Shown here piece by piece: positions 57,675 to 64,000 of a stretch of 64,000 bases of DNA. The notes below the pieces were generated by a model. It had not been told where the DNA came from, ran no database searches, and saw only the letters and a list, made by a program, of their open reading frames with translations. Position numbers and translations under genes: made by a program. Each line of letters opens with the position of its first letter. Position 1 is the stretch's first letter. Source of the stretch: an uncultured delta proteobacterium (GTDB lineage: Bacteria; Myxococcota; Myxococcia; Myxococcales; Myxococcaceae); the NCBI GenBank assembly GCA_963713045.1, contig CAVQKE010000003.1:1056001-1120000 (forward strand). The letters run 5' to 3'.

Positions 57675-57702
57675 ATGCAATTTTTGCATAGCAAGGCTTT
57701 GC
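57675..57702. promoter_or_regulatory. Candidate enhancer-binding-protein UAS
   Basis: Perfect palindrome ATGCAA-TTT-TTGCAT (57675-57689) plus GCAA-N4-TTGC (57691-57702), about 65-95 bp upstream of the sigma54 site. Confidence 0.5.
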
Positions 57703-57766
57703 AAGGGGTCCAGGATGCGCCGCGCCATCCCAAGGAAATTGTTCAAAGAAGCCTCCGTCGGTTTCA

Positions 57767-57782
57767 CGGCACGTGGAGTGCT
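57767..57782 (+). promoter_or_regulatory. sigma54 -24/-12 promoter
   Basis: CGGCACGTGGAGTGCT: GG-N10-GC spacing, close to consensus TGGCAC-N5-TTGCW. Confidence 0.65.
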
Positions 57783-57817
57783 TCTTCCAGTCGGAGGTGC
57801 GTGGGAGACGTGTACCT

Positions 57818-57979
57818 ATGGCCAGCACGCCGTTAGTCATCCGACAGGAAGAGGACGTCTGGGTGCTGCGCATTGAGCAGCCCAACGGGAGTGTCCAGGA
57901 GTACCGGTGTCTCTCGGAGCTTCAAGCCAAGCAGCTGGCCGCCATGCTGCTTACGCCGCGCGAGCAGCCGAGCCCGTGA
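57818..57979 (+). CDS. 53-aa hypothetical protein
   Basis: MASTPLVIRQEEDVWVLRIEQPNGSVQEYRCLSELQAKQLAAML; GGAG upstream; beta-beta-beta-alpha pattern. Confidence 0.7.
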   Translation: MASTPLVIRQEEDVWVLRIEQPNGSVQEYRCLSELQAKQLAAMLLTPREQPSP

Positions 57980-58454
57980 CTTTTTCTTCTGTCCTCACCA
58001 GTTGGGTGCGCCCACGGAGCCGCTCGGGCTGCTTGGCCTCTGGGAAGACGAAGTAGCGCAGAAGAAAGAGTTGCCCGAGGCCAAACACCGCCAAGTCGGC
58101 GATGAGTTTGGCCAGCACCACCGGGACGGCAAACATATCCGCCAGCACGCCCACCAACGGCGCATGGACGGCGATGCCGACGCCGACGGTGGCGGCGAAG
58201 CGCACCAGTTGCGGCCGAAACTCAGGCTCGCAATCCGGGAAGGCGAACTTGCGGTTTCCGAAGAAGGCCACCGTCGAGCCCACGGTAACGCCCACCGCGG
58301 CACCCAAGGGGTTTGGGAAGCCGAGCCAGCGGACGCACAACAACAGGACGGCGACGTCCACCATGGTGGCGACAGCGCCCACGCACAGGCTACGGCTGGC
58401 CCAACCGCAGGCAAGCCGGCCGAGGGGCGAGTTTTTTAGCGTCGGCGTCCACAT
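57951..58454 (-). CDS. GtrA-family membrane protein
   Basis: VGAVATMVD, AFFGNRKFAF, RFAA, LRYFVF; 4 TM helices. Confidence 0.85.
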   Translation of the reverse strand: MWTPTLKNSPLGRLACGWASRSLCVGAVATMVDVAVLLLCVRWLGFPNPLGAAVGVTVGSTVAFFGNRKFAFPDCEPEFRPQLVRFAATVGVGIAVHAPLVGVLADMFAVPVVLAKLIADLAVFGLGQLFLLRYFVFPEAKQPERLRGRTQLVRTEEKVTGSAARAA

Positions 58455-58559
58455 GGCGAGCCCGGCCCTTGGGGGGCCTTGCCCCCTGGGGGTCTCCCGG
58501 AACCGCGTCATAGCAGCAGAGGGACCCCATGGCGACGCTGGAATTGTTTTTTGGGGGGC

Positions 58560-59369
58560 CTACCCCACAGCCAGTGTTAGCCCGAGGAGCGCCCGGTAGC
58601 CGAGGGGGGGAGCGGCCGTGAAGCGCTCTGCGCGGAAGACGTCCCTCAGCAGCGTCGGGCCTTCCGGCAGCCGGGCCAGCCCCAACAGCCCGCGCTGCAG
58701 CCGGACGCCGTCGGCAGGCGCCAGCGAAGGGGCGGCCGCAAAGGCGTCCAAGGGCCCCCGGCCGGTGACCAGCAGCGCGCGGACGTCCCGGCCGGTGCCT
58801 GGTGCCACCTCCTCCACGCCCTGCAGCACGTCCTCTCCCGTTGCAGGGGCAAACACCGCTGCCACGTCCGCTTCTCCGGCAAGCAACGCGTCCAGCGCGG
58901 CGCGGAAGCTGCCGTGAAACGTCTGTTGGAAGAAGGTGCGCTCCGGGGGGTGTCCGGCGGCACGGAGCGCCGCCGCGGGAAGCAGGTAGCCGGCCAAGGA
59001 CGCGCGGTCCACCCAGGCCACGCGGGTACCCGGCAGCGCGCTCAGCTGGAGGGGCCCGTCGGCACGGGTGACGAGGACGGCTCGGCTTTCCAGGGCGCCG
59101 TGCCGCACCGCGCGCGCCAGCACCCGCGCCCCCAACGCCTCCAGCCGGGCGCAGGCCAACGGTGGCGCCCAGACGGCATCCAACTGCCCACTGCGTGCCG
59201 CCTCCACCAGGCGTTCGTCATCGCTGGCCGCAACCAATTCCACCGCTCGGCCCAGCACGCCGGACAACACCCTCCGCAACCGGGCCAGGCCGCCGGGCGG
59301 CGTGGCCACCGGCAAGGAAGGCGGCAACCCAAGCCGGACATCCGTGTTGTGCGACCCCACCACGGCCAC
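58560..59369 (-). CDS. PhnD/SsuA-like substrate-binding domain protein (no signal peptide)
   Basis: LDAVWAPP, VAWVDRASLAGYLLP, HGSFRAALDALLAGEADVAA; start approximate. Confidence 0.75.
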   Translation of the reverse strand: MAVVGSHNTDVRLGLPPSLPVATPPGGLARLRRVLSGVLGRAVELVAASDDERLVEAARSGQLDAVWAPPLACARLEALGARVLARAVRHGALESRAVLVTRADGPLQLSALPGTRVAWVDRASLAGYLLPAAALRAAGHPPERTFFQQTFHGSFRAALDALLAGEADVAAVFAPATGEDVLQGVEEVAPGTGRDVRALLVTGRGPLDAFAAAPSLAPADGVRLQRGLLGLARLPEGPTLLRDVFRAERFTAAPPLGYRALLGLTLAVG

Positions 59370-59388
59370 TCCCCCCTTTGCCTGCGGC

Positions 59389-60216
59389 TTAGGCGCTGTC
59401 CAGACGAAGCGTCTCCACCTCATCATCCGCCAGGCCGAAGGTGGCCTGCAGCAAATTCAACACCCGCGCCACCGCCGCCGACGGCTTGCCCTTGGAATGG
59501 GCCACCTTCAATGCCAGCCGAAAGGCGCGGCGGCGTTGGGCATGGGTGGCAATGCCCTGGGCCAGCGCGCGCAGACGCGGTGACAGCCCATGGCTGGCCA
59601 GGGTCCTCACCGCCTCGGTGACGAAGGCCTGCGCTCGGTCGGCGCTGACGTCGTGAAAAAGGGGGTCACTGGCGAAGCTTTCCACCATCGCCCGAGCCTC
59701 GTCCTCGGTCAGCCGCCCGTCGGCCGCCGTCACCAGCACCATCACCTCGGCATAAAGGCGCTCCAGTGGGTCCCCCAGCGCCTCCTCCAGGGAGCCGCCG
59801 GCCTCGAGGACGTCAATCATGTGGGCCACTTCGTCCTCGGCAATGCCCAAGGCGGCTTGAAACGTCTTGAGTAACCCCAGCTCAGCACGTGTCGCCCGGT
59901 GGTCCGCCAGGGCCACCGCCGCCGCCAGACCGAAGGCCAGCATCCGGTGCTGGTGGGTGGGTAGCCGCTCGCGGAGCGAGCCGAGAATGGCTTCCAAGTC
60001 CTCCGCCGAGGCCAGCGTCTTCGCGCTCCTCTGCACCAACTCCGTCAGCTCCTCGGCCTTGGTCCCGTCAAACTCTGGCCGTTCAAGGACGCGCTCCACC
60101 AGGGCCTGCATGCCGACCTCCGAGGGCGGCCCGTCGGCCATGGAGGCGAGCAGCATCACCTCCACCAGGGCGGCGTTGCGTTCTTTGCGCGTTACTGCGG
60201 ACTGTTCGGGAGCCAT
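59389..60216 (-). CDS. Tandem TerB-like domain protein
   Basis: Two repeats EVMLLASMADG...ALADH...E and EVMVLVTAADGRLTEDE. Confidence 0.8.
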   Translation of the reverse strand: MAPEQSAVTRKERNAALVEVMLLASMADGPPSEVGMQALVERVLERPEFDGTKAEELTELVQRSAKTLASAEDLEAILGSLRERLPTHQHRMLAFGLAAAVALADHRATRAELGLLKTFQAALGIAEDEVAHMIDVLEAGGSLEEALGDPLERLYAEVMVLVTAADGRLTEDEARAMVESFASDPLFHDVSADRAQAFVTEAVRTLASHGLSPRLRALAQGIATHAQRRRAFRLALKVAHSKGKPSAAVARVLNLLQATFGLADDEVETLRLDSA

Positions 60217-61010
60217 GGGCTCTCTCCTGAATGGCCATCGGCCGCCGGCCGTTCGACGTCCGGCTTGAGGAGCAGGTGGGAGGTCCGCACATTTCCCATC
60301 GCCGAGAGGACGCTCGCGCGAATGTGCGGGTGCTCCCGTTCTAATTCATCCAGCATTCGCTTCATCCGTCGGCGCTGGAGGTTCTCCTGGCTGCCGCACA
60401 ATTCACACGGGATGATGGGGAACTTGCGGAGCGCGGCATAGGCCCCAATCTCCGCCTCGGGCGCATAGGCCAGAGGGCGGATGACGGTGTTGCGCCCATC
60501 GTCGCTGTGCAACAACGGAGGCATCGCCTTCAGCGAGCCGGCGAAGAAGAGGTTGAGGAGCAACGTCTCCACCAGGTCCTCGCGGTGGTGCCCGAGGGCA
60601 ATTTTGTTGCAGCCGAGGTCCACCGCCGCGTTGTACAGAATCCCCCGCCGGAGGCGCGAGCACAGGGCACAGTGGGTTTTCCCGGCCGGCGTCTTTTGCA
60701 GCACCACTCGGTAGGTGTCCTCGCGGAGAATGCGGAAGTCGTAGCCGTTGGCCCGGAAGTAGGCCTCCAGCACCTGCGCCGGAAAGCCAGGATGGCCCTG
60801 GTCGAGTGTCACCGCCACCAATTCAAAGCGTACCGGCGAGCGCTCCCGCAGCAGCGACAACAGGTGCAGCAGGGTGTGCGAGTCCTTGCCCCCCGAGACT
60901 CCGACCAGAATCCGGTCCCCGGCGGCAATCAGGCCAAAATCGGCAATGGCCCGGCCCAGGTGCCGAAGCAAGGACTTTTCGAGGGCGGCTTCATCGCGCT
61001 GGCGCATCAA
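60192..61010 (-). CDS. ttcA: tRNA 2-thiocytidine(32) synthetase
   Basis: SGGKDS PP-loop, CALCSRLRRG, GHHRED, PCELCGSQ. Confidence 0.96.
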   Translation of the reverse strand: MMRQRDEAALEKSLLRHLGRAIADFGLIAAGDRILVGVSGGKDSHTLLHLLSLLRERSPVRFELVAVTLDQGHPGFPAQVLEAYFRANGYDFRILREDTYRVVLQKTPAGKTHCALCSRLRRGILYNAAVDLGCNKIALGHHREDLVETLLLNLFFAGSLKAMPPLLHSDDGRNTVIRPLAYAPEAEIGAYAALRKFPIIPCELCGSQENLQRRRMKRMLDELEREHPHIRASVLSAMGNVRTSHLLLKPDVERPAADGHSGESPWLPNSPQ

Positions 61011-61050
61011 GGCGGCGCATCCTACGGCGCACCGGGAAAAAACGACTAGG

Positions 61051-62196
61051 GTGCAACTCCTGGTGAGCCCGTTTCAGCAGCCCGCCCACGACGTGCGCAC
61101 CTCGGCCGAGGTGGCTGGCGTGGCCGAGGCGTTGGGAGGGCTCGACTGGCTGGCGGTGGACGTCGAGGCGGACGCGCTGCACGCCTTCCGCCCCCGGCTG
61201 TGCTTCGTCCAGTTGGGGACAGATGAGGACATTTGGCTGGTCGACACCCTGGAGACGCCAGGTTTGGCGGCCCTGGCGCCGGCCTTTCACGCGCCGTCGG
61301 TGGTGAAGGTATTTCATGCCGCCGGCGGAGACCTACAGTTTCTGGCCGAGGCGGGCGTCCGGGTGCGAGGCCTCTTTGACACCCACCGAGCCGCCACGCT
61401 GCTCGGCTGGCCCAAGGTGGGGCTGGCGGATTTGGTGTCCGAGCAACTGGGCGTCACGCTGAAGAAGGAGCACCAGCAGGCGGACTTCGCCCAGCGGCCG
61501 TTGCCGCCGCCGCTGAGGGACTACATTGCCGACGACGTCCGCTACCTGCCTGAGGTGGGCCGCCGGGTACGCGCCGCCTGTGAGGCGGCCGACATCCTCG
61601 AGGAGGTGCTCCTCGACTGCGAGCGCCTGGCCGACGAGGCGGCGGTGCGGCCCGAGGTGGGACGCTTCGAGCCGAAAGTGCCACGCACGCTGCCCCCCAA
61701 TGAACAGGCTTTCCTGGTGGCCGCCGGCGTGGCGCTCCACGCGCTGCGACTTCAGTGGGCCGAGGCGGCGGACGTCCCGATGGGGAAAATGCTTTCCAAC
61801 GCCGCCATTTCGGAGCTGTCGACGCGCCCCCCCAAGGACTTGCGCGGCCTGCAGCGCACGCCGGGCGTGCGTGGCCAGGTGGTGCGGGAACACGGCGAGG
61901 AGGTGCTGGCTCTGCTGGCCCGCCTGCGGGCCCAGGCCGACCGGGGGGAGCTGCCGGTCCCGGAACCGGCGGTGCGGGACCCGGCGCGCAAGAAGCGCGA
62001 GGAGGCTCTCAAGGCCTGGCGCTCCGAGGCGGCCGCGGCGCGCAAAGTGACACCCTCGGTGGTGCTGACCAACCCGCTGGTGGAAACGCTGGCCCGCCAG
62101 CCGCCGGCTTCGCGCGAAGCACTGTCGGCCGTCAGCTACCTCGGCGAGAAGCGGGTGCGCCTCTACGGCGACGCCCTGTTGCGCCTGTTGCGCTAG
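61051..62196 (+). CDS. rnd: Ribonuclease D (DEDDy plus two HRDC domains)
   Basis: AVDVEAD, LCFVQL, VFHAAGGDL, FDT, ADFAQRPL, YIADDV; two HRDC-like repeats. Confidence 0.9.
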   Translation: MQLLVSPFQQPAHDVRTSAEVAGVAEALGGLDWLAVDVEADALHAFRPRLCFVQLGTDEDIWLVDTLETPGLAALAPAFHAPSVVKVFHAAGGDLQFLAEAGVRVRGLFDTHRAATLLGWPKVGLADLVSEQLGVTLKKEHQQADFAQRPLPPPLRDYIADDVRYLPEVGRRVRAACEAADILEEVLLDCERLADEAAVRPEVGRFEPKVPRTLPPNEQAFLVAAGVALHALRLQWAEAADVPMGKMLSNAAISELSTRPPKDLRGLQRTPGVRGQVVREHGEEVLALLARLRAQADRGELPVPEPAVRDPARKKREEALKAWRSEAAAARKVTPSVVLTNPLVETLARQPPASREALSAVSYLGEKRVRLYGDALLRLLR

Positions 62197-63719
62197 GCCG
62201 CCGTCGAGGGCTTTGGGCCGGCGGGAAGGGCCCGCCCGCTGAGTGCGCTGTACTTGCGCCGCAGGTAGGCCACGAAGTCGGCGTCGGTCAGGCCTGCACC
62301 CGTCACCTTGTGCACCAAGTCCTCGGCGTCCAGGCGCGAGCCTTCGGCGTGGACGTGGGCGCGAAGCCAGTTGCGCAGAGGGGAAAAGTCCCCGGCGGCC
62401 ACGGCCTCCCACAGCCCCGGTAGTGCCAGCTGGGCGGCCCGCATCAGGGAGGCGGCATACAGGTTGCCCAAGCTGTAGGTCGGGAAGTAGCCGAGCTCAC
62501 CCCAGGCCCAGTGGATGTCCTGGAGCACGCCCCTGACGTCGTCGGCCACCTCGAGGCCGAGGAGGGCCCGCGTCGCAGCACTCCAGGCAGCGGGCAAGTC
62601 CGCCGCGGGCAAGTTGCCCCGAAGCAGCTCGAGTTCCAACTCGGTCCGCAGCACAATGTGCAGGTTGTACGTCACTTCATCCGCCTCGACGCGGATGGGG
62701 GAGCGAGACACTCGGTTGATGGCGGCGTGGAAGGCCTCGAGGCGCACGCTGCCCAGCTGGGCGGGGAAGCTGGCCTGCAGCCGAGGGTAGAGCGCCTGCC
62801 AGAAGGGAAGGCTTCGGCCCACCAGGTTCTCCCACAGCCGGGACTGGGACTCGTGCAGTCCCATGGAAGGCGCGGCGGCCAGCACCGTGCGGTGGTCGGC
62901 GGGGCGGAACCCCTGTTCATACAGGCCGTGGCCGCACTCGTGCAGGGTGCCGAACAGCGCGGCCGAGAGGTTGTCTTCGGCAACGCGGGTGGTGAGGCGC
63001 ACGTCGGTGGGGTGCGTTCCCCCGGTGAAGGGGTGGACACTCTTGTCCTGGCGGCCCGCCTCGAGGTCAAAGCCGAGCCGGCCGAGCAACTCCACCGTGA
63101 AGCGCCACTGCCCATCGGCCGGGAAGCGCACCCCGGAGAGGGCGTCGGGCGCCGGTGGCCAGCCAGCCAGCGCCTCCACCAGCGGGACCAGCTGGTCGCG
63201 CAGCGCATGCAGCACCGGCATCAGCCGCGCGGTGCGCATTCCTGGTTCATAACCCGCCAGCAGCGCGTCATAGCGTTCTCCCTGATGTCCAATGGCGTCG
63301 GCCTGCTCCCGGCGCAGCACCAGGAGTCGCTCCAGCGCCGGCGCGAAGGGGGCGAAGACGCGCTCCTCCCGCGCCACCCGCCATGCGGTGAGGGCCGCCC
63401 CTTGGGCCTCCGCCAGCGCTCGGACCAAGTCCCCCGGCACCCGAACGGCGCGGTCGCGTTCCCGAGCCAAAAGGCGCACCATCGCCCGTTCGTCGTCTGA
63501 CAGCGGGGCCGCGGCGGCGCCGGCCAGCCACTCCCCCACTTCCGACGCCACCAGCCGCTCATGGTAAAGGCCCTGCAGCGTCGACAGCTGGCTGGCGCGC
63601 GCCGCTTCGGCCTTCGTCGGCAGGTACGTCTCTTGGTCCCAAGTGGCCAGGCCGATAATTCCGGCGAGGTCCTTGAGTTCCCGCATCCGGCCCCACAGCG
63701 CCATGCGTGACACGTCCAT
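62193..63719 (-). CDS. Carboxypeptidase M32 (Taq-like)
   Basis: WDQET, HPF, DVRLTTR, HECGH, HESQ, IRVEADE, QDIHW, YFPTY. Confidence 0.96.
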   Translation of the reverse strand: MDVSRMALWGRMRELKDLAGIIGLATWDQETYLPTKAEAARASQLSTLQGLYHERLVASEVGEWLAGAAAAPLSDDERAMVRLLARERDRAVRVPGDLVRALAEAQGAALTAWRVAREERVFAPFAPALERLLVLRREQADAIGHQGERYDALLAGYEPGMRTARLMPVLHALRDQLVPLVEALAGWPPAPDALSGVRFPADGQWRFTVELLGRLGFDLEAGRQDKSVHPFTGGTHPTDVRLTTRVAEDNLSAALFGTLHECGHGLYEQGFRPADHRTVLAAAPSMGLHESQSRLWENLVGRSLPFWQALYPRLQASFPAQLGSVRLEAFHAAINRVSRSPIRVEADEVTYNLHIVLRTELELELLRGNLPAADLPAAWSAATRALLGLEVADDVRGVLQDIHWAWGELGYFPTYSLGNLYAASLMRAAQLALPGLWEAVAAGDFSPLRNWLRAHVHAEGSRLDAEDLVHKVTGAGLTDADFVAYLRRKYSALSGRALPAGPKPSTAA

Positions 63720-63802
63720 TCCCAAGGGGCGAAGCTTACCCTTGGCCGAGGGTGGCTTCCTTTCCCAGGACGGGGGGAGGCGCCGCACCCTCCTTCTCCC
63801 AC

Positions 63803-64000
63803 ATGGCCCAACGCCTCCTGTGCTTTCTGGTCCCCGACGACGAGCGGGCCTTCCTTCGCTTTCTGGCCCGCTACCGCTTGGAGGTCTACCCCCGCCGCAT
63901 CCCTCCGGAGTGGAAGCCGTTTCTGGCCAGCGCCGAAATGCTGGAGCAGCTGCCGGCGGAGTTGTACTTGGCAGCGCCCGACTTGGGTCCAGTGCTGGTG
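63803..64000 (+). CDS. Hypothetical protein (runs off right edge)
   Basis: Open frame MAQRLLCFLVPDDERAFLRFLARYRLEVYPRRIPPEW... with GC3-rich codons. Confidence 0.6.
   Translation, partial: MAQRLLCFLVPDDERAFLRFLARYRLEVYPRRIPPEWKPFLASAEMLEQLPAELYLAAPDLGPVLV

Noticed and set aside
1..64000. CRISPR arrays, tRNA/rRNA, prophage, IS elements, defence island
   Set aside because: No spaced repeats, cloverleaf motifs, integrase/transposase or phage genes seen; nucleases and the helicase are scattered among housekeeping genes

Overview
High-GC (about 70% by eye), densely coding chromosomal window. Gene content points to a myxobacterium (Myxococcota; inferred from TIGR04551, DUF4388, ActD-like and signal-less PhnD-like proteins). 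About 62 protein genes, mostly housekeeping: PBP1A, RluC-like, etfBA, a LIV-type ABC transporter, kdsD, lysA-dapA-dapB-folK, mce, mutM, sod, queG, PduO-type adenosyltransferase, tandem ThyX, FTR1, RNase II-like, SF1 helicase, ttcA, rnd, and M13/M32 peptidases. I found no rRNA, tRNA, CRISPR array, integrase or transposase. Four genes carry single-base frameshifts at short homopolymers, most likely assembly errors. Most notable: (1) a 914-aa cysteine-less thiolase-fold protein fused to a degenerate class III nucleotidyl-cyclase-like domain, upstream of etfBA; (2) a Ddl-like ATP-grasp/GNAT/secreted transglutaminase operon behind a candidate structured leader RNA; (3) a DUF4388-TM-periplasmic binding protein receptor; (4) micro-genes missed or mis-started by the ORF track: a 52-aa Cys6 zinc finger, a 57-aa LppL/LptM-like lipoprotein and a 53-aa protein under a clear sigma54 promoter. 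All family calls come from motif recognition by eye; no database search was run.
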